From: Rhynchobatus australiae
Taxonomy: Eukaryota
Length of the DNA stretch: 64,000 nucleotides
Assembly (NCBI GenBank): GCA_034780895.1
Contig: JAUZTB010000066.1
Coordinates: forward strand, 22,878,963-22,942,962
Direction of reading: 5' to 3'
The position numbers and the translations under genes are program-made. The notes beneath the pieces are model-generated. The model saw only the letters and a program-made list of their open reading frames with translations, was not told the DNA's origin and did no database searches. This document shows positions 50,526 through 64,000 of this stretch, one piece after another (position 1 is the stretch's first letter; every line of letters begins with the position of its first letter).

Positions 50526-53229
50526 GGGGACATTGCATTTTTCACAAGGAGGTCTTGAGCATAAGTACCTTGAGATGGCTGCTGTTGGTATGTCTGTATA
50601 CTGGCAGTCACTGCAATCTGCCCTTCCCAAGCTCACCGCTCTACCATTGCCCAGCCACAAACATGCATACTGTCTGCTCTCCCTTCTCCACCATACCCCC
50701 TCACCCAACACGCCACACCCTAATCAGCTCTTGCTATTCTTGTTACTGTGACTATGAGCAGAGGTGATGTTGGGTGAACTGGACCGCAACATTCTAAGAC
50801 GATTCTACTAAAATAAAGTTTTTAAATTGTCCAAGCTTAAAATTAATTCACATTTTGAAGTAGCTTTCTGCCTCATTTGTTCTTATTTCTTTGTCTGAAT
50901 AACTAGTCACTTCTGTCTCCGATAAAGGGTTTTATCAATTGGCAGCTTTTAGCACACATTAATAAATTCCCCTGTAATGCCAATCTTGAAATATGAACAC
51001 ATTTTTTTAGTACACGGCATTGATAATACTTGCAAGAAGTGCAGAGGTATTTCAGCTGAAGTATTAGCAAGGCATTAAGGTCACAAGCTCAACAATCGTG
51101 GGAGTAAAGCATTCAACTGCATTAAAACAGTCAATACTTTTAAGCCAGTTACTGATGTGTAACTGTAGCTTGAGGACATATTAAAGGTTCAACCTGTTGG
51201 TTTGACCTTGATGGTTTAAGTTTGTTTCATGCCCTATTTCAGATTGAGAGTCCTTTTTAAAAGGTCTTCTCAAGCCTTGCTTTCTTCATTGCAATAAAGG
51301 TCATCAAGCAATTAATCTGCCTTTGGCGCCGGATGGCAGTTGGAGAATTGACGCCTGCCAGTGGGAGCCATGCCATGTGCTGCGTTTAATTGTCAGATTT
51401 AGTCAGCCAGCTTAGTAATTAATATGTTTTAGCCAGAGGGGGATATTTGCTATTCCCTTAAATTCATCTTTTAAAATCATTTTCTTTTCCAAGGAAACGT
51501 CTGACTGAACAGTGTCTGAAGTGTTGTTCTTTATGCCTTTTCTCATCACCCTTTAGATCAGCAAACTGTCAGTTGCTTACATATTTACGTGTTCTTTAAG
51601 AGTACCACATTAAGAATGTCTCAACTACTAACGCAAGGCACATCTTAACGATGGCACGCATTTTGAAATTATCGTCTTTGGTCTAGGACTTGGGTTCGAA
51701 TTTAGTTAAATTCCCAGAATAATAGTCTCCTAATTCTCATTGTTATCAGGCTACATACCTTTTCTCATGTAGTTGCCTACAGTCTAGAATGGTTCTAATT
51801 ATTCCATTGCAGTGTTTCAATTGGCAACCATTTATTTTCCCCTTTAAAAAATGGCCTGATATATATTTGATCACCACAGTTGACTTAATGTTATGGTACT
51901 GTGGAGCTCACCACCTTGTTGCTCATTGCACACTGGAATCCATGGGTTATGGCTGAGCTGGTATGGTCTGCCTTCAATCTGAAATAAACTGAGATGCTTA
52001 AATTATACTGAAATTTTGGAACAAAATACAAAGCTTGAAACAAAACCAGGAAATGATGGAAACACTCAGAAAGTTGGGCACAGCATCCATGGAGAAAACT
52101 CATAACACTCCAGGCATAACATAACCCTTGAGCAGAACTGCCAGGTTTGATGAAAGGCCTTATCCAACGTTATTCCATTATCTGGAATCCTTCCAGTTGC
52201 CATTGGAGCTACCATGTAACAAACATTCCCGACTTCAAATGCCAGAAACACAAAATAAAGCTGGCTTAAGTATTTGGAGTTGGTTCTGATCAGGGAGGTT
52301 TGTATGCCAGTTTGTGTGGGATAAATGTTGTTTGTTGGTGGTGGGGGAGAGGAGGGAATGTGGATATTCCTTCCAGAAAGCTTGGTTTAAAAGCTGCCTG
52401 AAGGAAGACATGATTAATGTATGTATTTGATTGCCTTTGCTAGGGTAAGGCAAGCAGGTAGATGTACTTGAGAAGTCACTCATTCCCCTTTCTTTCTGGT
52501 CTTGATTCACAGTTTTTACACTTGCATAAACAAATGCAAATGAGNNNNNNNNNNNNNNNNNNNNNNNNNNNNNNNNNNNNNNNNNNNNNNNNNNNNNNNN
52601 NNNNNNNNNNNNNNNNNNNNNNNNNNNNNNNNNNNNNNNNNNNNCATAGCAACTTGCTGGGAAAAAAAATCAACCTGTCACTTCTGGTTCTTCAGCCAAT
52701 CACCACTCAGGGCTTAAAGTTTGTACATTAGAGCAACAAAGACCAAACAAGAAGTTTTGCAGTGGCATTATTTTTGTTGAGAAAAGATGGATTTAATTTT
52801 TAATTCTCTTTAATTAAAACAGGCAATACAATTGATGGCCTTGGCTGGTTGAAGATGCAGTGGACAGTAAATTGACTGGCCCTCCTGAATGTTGGCGATG
52901 GGGGTGAAGAATAAATGGCTAACCTTCTATTAATGAGTAACAGTCTAATTTCTATGAAATCACTTTGTAATTCAGTCTGAATATACAGCTGACAACAGCA
53001 AATTCATTTGGGGAATTGTTCACTAAATACTTGAGAAGTGGAATATAACCAGATGTGGAACTTAAAAAGGCAGCTTGGCTCACCAGATGCGGATCGTGTG
53101 AAATCTAACTTACCCAGAAGAAGTTCTGCATGAAAATTTTTTGATCCTTACAGATAACCAAATGAAACTTCAAATGAAACAAATATTCATTTGTCAAAAT
53201 CACAAAATAAGCAGTTTAAGAGAAGCAGG

Positions 53230-54082
53230 GGTGTATACATATTCATGACCCAAAGTGGGAACGTGAGTACTGATGGGGCACAAAGACACTTCAAAGGGAT
53301 TATAAGTGAGCTAAGCACATGGGCAACAACAAGGCAATTGGAATACAAGGTGAAGAAACATGATGTTGTCCATCAGAAATGCTGAGTTTTTAAATGGCGA
53401 GAGACTGAAAAATGTTGATCTTAAAAAGCCATTTAAAACCAACATGCAGTGACAAAGGCAATGAGGAAGGCAAGTAGGATATTGGCCTTTATTGCAAGAG
53501 GATTTGAGTACAAAAGTTAGGATGTCTTACTACATTTAGAAAGGGCCTTGATGAGACCACACTTGGAGTACCCTGTGCAATCTTGGTTTGCTTTTCTAAG
53601 GAAGGATTTGCTTGCTACTGAGGGAGCACACCAAAAATTCACCAGGCTTATTCCTGGGATGGCATGTCTGTCATAATCGAAGTAACTAAGTCAGCTAAGG
53701 CCAGTATTCCCCAGACTCAGAAGAAGGAGAGGTGACCTCACTGAAATGTACACATTTTTTTAGAGGGCTCAACAGGGTAGAGACGGGGAGGATGTTTCCC
53801 TGACTGAGGAGTCTGGAACTTGGAATCACAGTCACAGAATAACGAACAGGTCATTTAGGACAGAGATGGGGAGATTTTTTTCACTTAGCTGATTGTGAAT
53901 CTTTGGAATTCCTGATCTCAGAGAATGAGAGAGACTTTGTCATTGATCGCTTTTAGCTGGTATTGAAGGAATCAAAGGATATTGGGATAAGGCAGAAAGT
54001 ACAGACAATCAGCCACAATTATGTTGAACGATGGAACAGGCTAAAGAGGTTAACTGGCCTACTCCTGCTCCTATTTCTTACA
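53230..54082 (+). mobile_element. CR1 LINE 3' fragment
   Basis: ttggcctttattgcaagaggatttgagtacaaaag...gagaccacacttggagtac...agaaggagaggtgacctcactgaaa...ggcctactcctgctcctatttctta. Confidence 0.85.
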
Positions 54083-55284
54083 TTATACATTGTTACACAT
54101 ATAAAATTATACCTAATATTATACATATTATATAAAAGTCACATAATATTACATAATGTGAAAGCTTGGGATGTACACACTTGTGCAATTCAACAAGAGG
54201 AGACAATGAATCAACTGGTCTGTGAAACTTCAAATTGTTAGCTGCTTTTGCTGGCATAATTACAGGTAATATTCATGTGTAACTCTTTAGATTGAGGGAA
54301 GGGAGGAAGCTGTTATAATGAGGTGATATATTTGGGTACAGAGATTGATAGGCAGATGTAAAAAAGCGCTGAGTTTCTTCTATCTGTTACTTCAAGTATT
54401 TGTCCTACACCCCAATGCCATGCATCTTTGGGCACAAATTCACAGAAAATTGCACCGCCAGATGCTTAGTCTACTCTACCCACCCCTCTGCCAGAGCAAT
54501 CATAGTAATTATAACATCAACTAACAAACAGAGCCATGTCTTAAACATTCCCTTCATTGAGCTCAGTTGCTGACGTTGATGATATTGAACAGGCTGGCTT
54601 TTAGAAGCAGTGTTAAAACTAGCTATTTAAAAATCAATCATTGTTTAGTTCTCTGTGCAACATCAAAAGCTTTTCTTCACATATTCAGATCACTGTTTAA
54701 ATAACTAATTTTATTCAGCATGTTAGAGTATAGAGCATTCAATGAAACCTCCAATTAGCTAGTATTTATTTAGCATTAACAGTAATTATAGGCAGTAGTC
54801 TCTTGCCCACAGATGTGTCAACATTTGGCATCAAGTCTAATCATTCAATGAAATGGAGAAAGTTCAGTGAGCATCAATTAACAGATCAATTAGTATAAAT
54901 GAAAAGTGTTGGGTAATCATTTGTTTGCTTAAATTACAATAACAAAAATGCAGCACCCCGTGTCGAAGGCTTGTATTCAATTAAGGATCATCAGACCTAT
55001 ATGGACTGTAACCTGTTGAAGGAAAAGCCATTATTAATGTGATTGTATTGTCTATTGCATTCGACCTGCATGTGTCCCAATGATACCCCCGAACCCGTGC
55101 CCTTAATCTAATAGGTTATGTATCTATAAACTGGCTTCTACCAGTAAACGGAACTTTGGGTGGGGGACATAAGAAAACCTCAGGTGGCTTGGTTGCTAAT
55201 CCCAGTCATCAAACATGATGCAGACTAATGGTACTCTGTTTTGTTTATTTTCTGCATGCCGAAAAATTCCTTTTGTAAATCTCT

Positions 55285-56483
55285 CTTAGCCAGTGCTCAG
55301 GATTGAGGATGACTTGTTGCTACTCCAGTTCTGTGGATGCTGAGATAGCTGATGAGGCCAACCTCCACAGACTCTTTCACAAGTGGGCAGGGCAGGTGGG
55401 CACCCCTCCCAGTGTTTGCACTGGGTTTTGCATGCTCCAGATGAAGGAACTTGAGGTTTTCAGTGCCAAACCAAATGTGCCTCCTTCATTTTAAGTGGTC
55501 TTGGGTGAGAGATTCCAAGAGTCAATGGGGATGTTCTGCTTTTTTCATGGAGGCTTTGAAAATATCCACGAATCATTTCCCCTTTCTGCTTGGTCACCCT
55601 CTTTCCGCCTGGTAACCTCTTGCTGTGATGGAACTCAGAGTAGGGTGTCTGTTTCAGGAGATTGGTGTCAGGCATGCCCATCAGAGCTGACTGTGTGTTG
55701 TTAGGGCCTTAGTGCTGGGGATGTTGGCCTAGGATAGGACAATGCCTTTGATCTGCTCCTCCTGCCATGGATTTGAGGATTTTGCAGAGGCAATATTGGT
55801 GGAAACTCTCCAGTGATTTGAGGTGGCTGCTATCGAGAGTCAATGTCTCAGAAGCATTCAGGAGGGTGAGATTAGTGCTGCCCAGTCAACCATAAGCTTT
55901 CTGTCTTGATCTTGAAATGCTCTTTTCCTTAAATGTCTAAACACCGTGGTGGCTCACTGACATGATAGTAAATGTTATCAATGTCTGCCTTCATTGAGAG
56001 GCCATTGAAGAGGTCCCAAGAGATAACATACCCTATGACAGACTGCAGGGAAAACTTCCTGGGGTCACTGAAAACAGATTTCTCTCCTTACTCATGGATG
56101 GCCACAACTACAGTTTTTCTGATGTCCAGAGACATGACCTTCTCTTCCCAGATATGGGAGAAGAACATGTGAATGAGTTCCTTGCTGCCCAATTATGGAA
56201 CTTCAGCAAGGATACAGTCTACTGCTAAGGACTTGTTGTTTCGTGCTTGGCATATGGCATTTTTTACTCCTTGCCAGTCAGGGGTGGTGCTGAGGCTGGA
56301 TCAGATAGTTTGCTGTGAGATGGGGTCAAGAATACCTATATTAAGGAAAGATTCTCAGTTGAGAAGTTCTTTGAAAGGCTCCTTCAGGTGGGTTCTATCT
56401 AGCTCTCTGTCTTTGATAAACTCTATGTCCTGTTCTTGTCTCTCAGCAAGCTGAGCCATTGGGTGTTTGAGCTGCAGATGGTC
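55285..56483 (-). mobile_element. Decayed RTE LINE with internal deletions
   Basis: RTE-type 3' end at 55290. The reverse strand near 56320-56390 encodes KEPFKELLN*ESFLNIGILDPISQ, similar to RTE WKEHFEDLLN...LD.IPQ. Confidence 0.7.
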
Positions 56484-56520
56484 TTAATGATACTTCTCTG
56501 CTTTCACTATTGTCCACCCT

Positions 56521-56669
56521 GACCATCTGTGACCCAAACACCCAAGGGCCATGCTCACTGAGAGCCAAAAACAGGGCAGAGAGATAGACTGCACCCACTG
56601 AAAGGAGCATTTCAAAGAACTCCTCATCTGAGAATCCATCCCTAACACAAGCATTCTCGACCTCATCTC
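56521..56669 (+). mobile_element. Inverted copy of the adjacent RTE segment
   Basis: The reverse complement aligns to 56317-56483. The ORF track shows parallel peptides EMGSRIPILRKDSQLRSSLKGSFRWV (+) and EMRSRMLVLGMDSQMRSSLKCSFQWV (-). Confidence 0.8.
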
Positions 56670-59600
56670 TATATATTTCAATCAGTCAAAATAATTTCAT
56701 AGCAATTATAATGCAGAAGATACATGCTCCCATTCTCTGAGGATATTGGCAATGAACTGGTGCACAAAAATGTGGGCAACCATTTACTTGTATCTGCTGG
56801 ATATTCGCCACAGGCATTCTGTATTAATTGCTGTATAATTTGGCTACTCACTACTGTCAAGATAAAAGAGAACTGATCATAGATTGGTAACAGCACAGAA
56901 GGAGACCACTTAGCTCTTCAAGTCCATGTCGGAGTAACGAGCCAAAGGAATAAATAATTAAGAGAGCTCTGAATGATGTTAACATCAGCCAAGCAGATCC
57001 AAGGTTGAGCAGTGCAATGTAGACAGTTGCAACTGTTTGCCAGTTCAATTTTCTGTGTGAAGGGTCGATTGCCAAGCAGTAAGGCAGAAACAAGTATTAA
57101 GCTACCAAGCAATTAGAGAACTAGAAATATGCACATGTTTTCTTTTAAGTTCCGGAACATATGCTTTGCTCTGCCTTCCCTACCTCCACTAAGACTAAAC
57201 TGATAATTGTAAAAGACACATGGGCCCACTTTGCTAATGACAAGTAGGAGGTTCTCTCCAGATCAACACAGTGGGAATCACAAGGCCAAAGTGTTGGCCA
57301 TCTTGTATCAGTAAAGGCAAAATATATGTTAAACTGTTCCTTTGGCCTGCATTTTTCTCTAGAGTGATTGACTTTTACCAGGAAACACTTGGAAGAAATG
57401 ATTTCTGCAAATTTTATTTGATGAAAAATGGCTGGAGTTTGTGAGTTAAAAGGTAGGACTTGCAAGGTTTGCTTTAAATCCAGGATTGTGAAGTGGGCAG
57501 ACCTGTAATTCAGATAAATGCCCCAACCTTATTCAGAGATGTTGATAAAAGTTGACAGATAGCCCAGGGTCTCTTCTGTTTCAGCAATTGTGCTTTTTGT
57601 GTGCAGTTCCTTTCAGCAAACACACAGTGATGTGTGAGTGTGGAAGTTGGCTTCATGATGCACCTTTGGCAAATAACATGAATAGTATCGGAAGAGCTGT
57701 CTGAGCACTTTGTGTAACTTTCTTTGGAGATTGCAAACAAAAGAATCACTAAATCTTTTAAGGAGCTTTTTTTGAAGTGGGCAGTGTCCTTGAGAATAGA
57801 TATTAATTGATTGTGAATGAAGCTGGATGTTCTATTTCGTTGCACCTAATACAAATTTATTAATGTTAACTAATCCTGCCCATGACATCTAGGTCAAGGA
57901 AGCTTGGCAATAGTTTGTTGTGGCTCCTGCTCCTAAATAACTGTAAGTCTTGTTTTACCTCTCTCCCAGATTTTTCTCCTTCCTCCCTCCCCATCTCCCC
58001 ACCCACCCATGTGGCCTCTGTTACTGACGTGTTGATTGATTCATTCTTCATATATGAACCCTAATAGCAAGTACCAGAGGGTTGGTTGATTATAAAGGAC
58101 ATCATAGCCAAATAGAAGCCAGAACTCACCCCCACCCACTGATACTCACTCTCACACTAATGCTCACTCACTCACTCTGCTGTTCTTGAGAAGACCTCCT
58201 GCCCACAACCTGTTGACAAACAAGGCCAATTCTATCACCACCTCTGGTTAACAGGATGCACTCTGTTGACTGGTGTGGGTGAATGATCAAATCTTACATT
58301 TTCCTTCCTCTATAACCAGGAGCTTCATAACATTTGGAGTCTTTCAGAGAAGGGTTTTCTGAATATTCTTAAGACTTGCATTTAAGGCCACTTGCCAAAT
58401 ATTAGAATCACAGACTGATTATGTTCTGAGCTCCCGCATCATTGGTGCTAGATGACATCAGCCAGAGAAGTATTGCTATTGGAAGAAGGTTAGGTTGTTC
58501 TATTTGTGTCAAAAACATTGAATATAGGTCAATTTTATCATCCTTTTTATATGTTATTTAAGAAAAATGATGATGTGTAGTTTTATGTTAAATTTATGTT
58601 ACCCCTGCATCGGTGAAGTGCTCCTTCAGGTCCAGCAAAATGGCCAATTTACCAAATGACATACAAGCATTGTTTCTTTGTTGCTTAGCCAACATTAGCA
58701 AAGACCAATTAAATAGTCATTCATCTTGTTCAGCTGCCGAGGTTCTTGCCACGCACTACTTGGGCACTATGTGTGTCCACCTCGAGAGGTTTCCGTGAGG
58801 TACAGAGTGCAAGTCCTTCTATAACTGGTTTTATGCTGTCCTTAAATAGAACATTTCAATGTTGCACTGTTAATTCCACTGTTGAGTAACACTTTGAAAG
58901 AAATGAATCAAAAGTTGGAAGTTTGAGCACTTACCATTTAATCTTCCTGGCATCATAGATAGACTGTGAGAAGTAGAACATTGGCAGTAATGCCCCTTAA
59001 ACAGGATTTTTTTTCTGGTGGGTTAAATGCTATTACCTTTGAGTGTAAATGGTCATTATGCTGAAAACTGCTTTTTTGTTTCAACTAATTATTTAACAGG
59101 AGCACCAGGTTCTGGATGAGACCACTTTACATGGCTGGCAGGCCTTTAAATTGCCATTGGCTCTTACCATGATCCCAAAACACTTTTGCAGTTGCTAAGA
59201 TCCTAGCACTTCAAGATGATGTGCTTGTAATGTTCACATTTTAATTCCACAGCTTAACAGTAATTGATTTATCCCAATGTGAACCAAACGAAAATTCATA
59301 TCTTCTTTTAAATTAGTTGAGCAGACGAATTCAAGTTAGTTCACATTCATGGGTTCCATTTTCCCCATGTTGAATACAAGGCCAAATAGTACAATTCATG
59401 TCGTTGTTAAAGTTGATCCTTTGGGACCTTTGGTGATTAGCTGGTATGTCATTGAGCTCACTTCATGATTGGAAATGTGGCTTGAGGTTGGAAGTCTCTG
59501 ATGTTGGCAGAGTGGAGCTAGAAGGTAATCAGTGGTGTGTAGAGGAGCTTGCCTCTGGAGTGACTTCAGTTTACAAACCACGGAAGGAGTGAAGCATGGG

Positions 59601-62339
59601 AGTCCTTAAAATAGAAGATTGAAAAATGGCAGGACCTGGAGCCACTCCAGTGGCTTTGCATTTGCTGCCTTCTGCAAATTCTCCTTGGCTAATGGGAAAT
59701 AAGTGAGTTGTATTTTAAAACAACTGAACATGAGCAAATTGGCATCTAAATGTCAAACTGAGAGCTGGGAAGTCATCCAGTATTGTCCTGGCAACTTGGT
59801 TGTTGACTGCTTTCATGCTTAAGATACTGCAGTTAGACGTGCGAGTCAGGAATATTAAACTGGAGCACATTCTCAATTTAATTTTCCATTGGCAACTCGA
59901 GCCCATCCTGTTCAGTTAGTACAAGGTCACAGGTGGAATACTGCAGCCCATATTTTTCCTTAGATCTTTGCTTCAATGCCAAACTCTAAAGAGTAGCCCT
60001 GCTGTACCAGGCTAATGGCTGTGTCTCTTTGAGTGACCATGCTGGCTAACGCCAAATTTCTTGGTGCAGATCTTTACCGCCTAAGAAATGTATGGAGGTA
60101 GCCCAAAGTTTTTTCATGTAAGATCTCCTAATTAATGGAGAAGACATTCAACTCCACGGTCTTGGTCTCTGAAATAATAGCCTAGTTTGTCAATCAACAG
60201 TGTCACTCATTTCAGTGCATGGGAAGTAAAAGCTGGCTACCTAATATGAGTCGATGGCATGAGAGTGTACGTGTCACGTTCGGGTTGTGTATATATTCTG
60301 ACAAAACATTTGGATACAGGTTTGGTTGGGCTGTGCCAGGTTGGGTCAGGCAGAACTGTGCTGGTTTGGCATAGTTCATTATTCCAAGTCAGGGTGATTT
60401 ACTGAGTAGCACTGCATGCAATGAGCATGTTTGAGAGACTGCTACATTTACAGCAATGATCTGGTCACTAATAGAAAAAAATATAAGTACTTGGGCTGAG
60501 TTCAGTTTGGCTGTGGTCAGGTTGGGTTTTAAATCTACATGCAAGCAGATGTCTAATGCTTGGTTTCATAACATTTTTATTACATTACTTTCCTTAAATT
60601 TTGATGGAGTTTGTTTTATATCAAAACATCCTATGTGTGAAATTATGCATGTTTCTGAAATACAGGTGTTTATGAACTAAACCTTGCGTCCTTGGATAGA
60701 AGTTCAGTAAGCCTAGTTCATTCTTTTAACATGTAAAGTTGGCAAAATTTGCTTCCAGCTGTCAGTTCCACACCTGTCTGTATTTTGCAATGGGGGACTC
60801 AAGATGTCCTGCGTTTTTTAAATACATTTTTATAAAATGACATAATAATACTAAGTTGTGCTAAGTCTATTTATCAGTCTTGGGTTGAGTTTGAAAATCT
60901 GAAGGGATCCAGAGTGGTCAGGGCTAGGTTGATATTTTAGGGGGAATGGTTTATGCTGACAGTTTGGGGAGTGGCACTGCTAGGGGATGCACAGTGGAAG
61001 CTGGGCACTCCAAAGAGCCGTAAGCTGTTGCTTTGGATGTAAGGTTTGTCCTTCTCAATTATGCTGCTGTCAATCAGCAACGTTGCCTTTGGTTGGGGCT
61101 GTTTGGAGACGGCTGCCTAATGCGAGAAGATGGGTTAATAAGGCCCTCAGGTGAATGCCAAGCTGTCAACTTGATCTTGATGTGCTGTTGAAAGGTCAGA
61201 TGGAGGGAAATTCTGTCAGAGCAGCCAGGGAAGGGTTTAGATTACAGTTTGCATACTTAGTGCAATGGCTGTTGGATTGATTGCGATGAGAAGCAACAGC
61301 AATTGCTCATAATATACATGGAAGGGAGTGTTCGTATTTAATATTGTGAAGGCAGCAGACGTTTTGCATCAGGTATACTTTGGAGTTTCCTAATTTTATT
61401 GATTCCTAACTTTCGTGCTGGTCCTAAAATAAGTGAGGAAGGCAAAGATAATTTTTACATGTATTTATATTTTTTAATGTATTTATTTCAGAGCACAATT
61501 TTAAGAAAAACCAAGAAAGGAGAGCTCTTAATGGTGGCTGTGGTTTTCAACTACTTGTTTAGAAATGATTGCACTATTCAATTGATCAACAGAAAATTCA
61601 TATTGAGGGCCATGTTTACTTCAGTTAAACTGGTTAAAATTGTCCTCTAATATCAGATATGTTTAATTTGTGAGCAGCAATTCACATCCTTAATAGGAAA
61701 TCTGCTAGGTCCAGTCGATATTTAATTGCTTCAATTGGTACCAATCTGTGGCAGATATTTGAACTCTTAGACTAATACGAGTCACAGTTTGATTCAGATG
61801 CCGTTGTGAAACATGGTTATAATTGATCTTTCAAGTTGGCAGTCCATTTATAGAGAGCAGTTAATTGGAAACACTAATATTGACTGAACTACTTAGCATT
61901 GTATACATGGGAAAGGTTTAGGATTTTTGAAATAATTGTGTTACCTGCTTTAGTCCTCTCCTAGCCTGTCAGTGGGGAAATGGCCATGTGAAACAGTAGT
62001 CTTATTTCTGAACTAATGACAATGTAAGGAACAGAAAGGTGTCTTCTAGTTTTGTAAATTTGGCCTTTTATAATTCAATTTAATTCTAAGTTATTTAGGT
62101 GCATTAAAACAAAATCAAGCTAAGTTTTTGAGTGTCTGATTTACTTACAGTGCCTGTGACCTGTTTTACAATATAAAAATATTCCAGTATTTGCTACGAA
62201 GTAGAGAGAGATTTGTAATGTTGACTACTGAGTCCAATGATTAGCTGTGTTAAATATGAACTTAAAATGGATTTCTACAGTTTGGATTGCTTTAAGAGAT
62301 GGAAGTTGGAGCCGACTATATGGCCCCTTGAGATCAATG

Positions 62340-63560
62340 TTACCAACTACAAAACTTGCAGTAAGTTGCCTGAGGGCTGCTTGCTGGAATGATGAAGCAT
62401 GTTGCAGTATTTGACAAGGATCTCTTCTTGTAATTCTTCCATGTAGATGCTAGGTGGAGGCCGGGCCTTCTCCCTGAAGTCAAAAGCAGAATTGCATTTG
62501 TAACATAATTCTATTGCATGCTTCTCTTTTAAGAGCGCTCTTTTCCTTGCTCTGTGAAATTTCCACAAATCTACCTCATGGCAGTAATCTCTTGTTGGAG
62601 AACAAGGAAGAAAGAACCCTGACTCTTATCCGAGTGGCTGCAGTTGGAAGGTCATCAATGGAAGCCCTATAGTCATGTGGTCACAAAGGAGACATGGTTG
62701 CATGGTGTTTTGCCTTGATAGTCAACTTCCATGGGTGAGCCCAGATAGTAGGTTGTGGATTTGAGTCCTTGAGATATAACACAGTTACTCTTAATATTGT
62801 CCTTACTCTGTATATGCACTCCAGCAGGGGTCACTGAATAATAAATCAGGATGGCCAACCCAGGCTGTTATGTATCATCCTCTTCCCTTCTCCTCTCAGT
62901 CCAGTGAACGATGAAGCCAATTCTAATGCACTGGATGAGATCAGCAAAGTCTAAGGATGGAACTTGTGTCATTTTGATCTCTTTGGCTCAGAACATCCCA
63001 CACCAACACACTCTTGCACATCGAAGGAGATTACTTTCAAAGGATTGGAGCGTGGTCAGCCTGCTCGGGTTACTATTTTGGACAAAGGCCACAGGGCTTT
63101 CTGACTTGAATGACGTCAGAAGACAGCTTGTTCTAGCCCTAATGACCTCTCCTGCTTAAACAGGCAATGTTGACTCACTGGGGAGAACAGAAAGGTGAAC
63201 TAATACAGATGCAGCTTAGAGCAGCTGACTCTGAGCAATAGTAAAAGTAGGAATTCACTGTGCTGCCAGACAGCAAGTCTCTCACTAGCACTATTTCTGA
63301 CTTGTTGGAGCTGTGCAATACTCAGCTGGAAGCTTCGGTGTTTAAATGCTTCAAAAATACTGCTATTAAAAAAAGTTCTGACAGATCTCTGAGTATGCCA
63401 GTAGTGATGGACAAGGTGCGACAGGTGATTACATTTAGGAATTCCTGACTTCCAAGGCATTAATTGCACCATACTAGCAGTGCCTCTTGGAGAACCACAT
63501 CACTCTAGTCCAGATGGCACATAATTACATTTCGACAGCTTTCACTCACAACTCATGCTG
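62340..63560. mobile_element. Possible highly decayed Harbinger remnant (Myb-like on -, transposase N-terminus on +)
   Basis: Minus strand REKARPPPSIYMEELQEEILVKYCNML; plus strand TISDLLELCNTQL...SLSMPVVMDKV, weakly like HARBI1 TV.ELC.LL...LPVAVKV. Confidence 0.3.
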
Positions 63561-64000
63561 TTACTCGCTTTTCAGGCAAGATTTTTTTTCTGTTTCTCCT
63601 TCATTATCATAACGCGATATGTTCACAAGAATAATGAGTGGTAAGATTTGAAATTGCTGTTTCTACATTAACCAAAGATGGCAGTTAAATTCTTACACAT
63701 GGCACTAGTTCCTTTTGGAGAATGGATGTATTCGTCGACCTTTTGTACCACTGCCAATAAATGCTGCAATGCCTGTAGGGAGCTGGAGCATGCTTCATTG
63801 CAGAGAGGAGTAAGTGATGTTTGGCAGGCTCCTGTCTTTTAAACTTCCCTGCTCTTTGTCGTATATCTCCTAATTGCAAGTAACCACCGGCAAATTGCTT
63901 TGGCGGTGAATTTTTTTATGGACAGGCATTTATTTTTGAGCTGTACATCAGCGTGGACTCCACCTCAGGCATTATTTTTTAAAATAATGCTGCAATTTTC

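Noticed and set aside
1-64000. Neighbouring AUTS2-family exons (CDSDSD..EK micro-exon; PK.SGLERS exon)
   Set aside because: Not found by eye or in the ORF track. They probably lie outside the window, though a 30-nt exon could be missed or fall in a gap.

Overview
Repeat-rich, AT-rich vertebrate DNA. The repeat families (HE1/V-SINE-like SINEs, SacSINE/Deu SINEs, CR1, L2, Rex1/Babar, RTE, Penelope, Harbinger) point to a cartilaginous fish. The assembly is gapped, with 12 N-runs. The window appears to be almost entirely intronic: the only host coding sequence I can support is a 49-nt + strand exon at 47878-47926 (VSDATSEKLFNTTTSK). It matches the AUTS2 exon-6 segment of the AUTS2/FBRSL1/FBRS family; the paralog is unresolved. 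The rest is decayed transposons, a 31-bp minisatellite and repeat-poor blocks that look like developmental enhancers. Most notable are several fossil two-gene Harbinger elements invisible in the ORF track, a pre-miRNA-sized hairpin at 19361-19420 and an RTE fold-back at 56317-56669. I found no well-supported novel multi-gene system. All family assignments come from recalled consensus sequences, not searches, and repeat boundaries are approximate.
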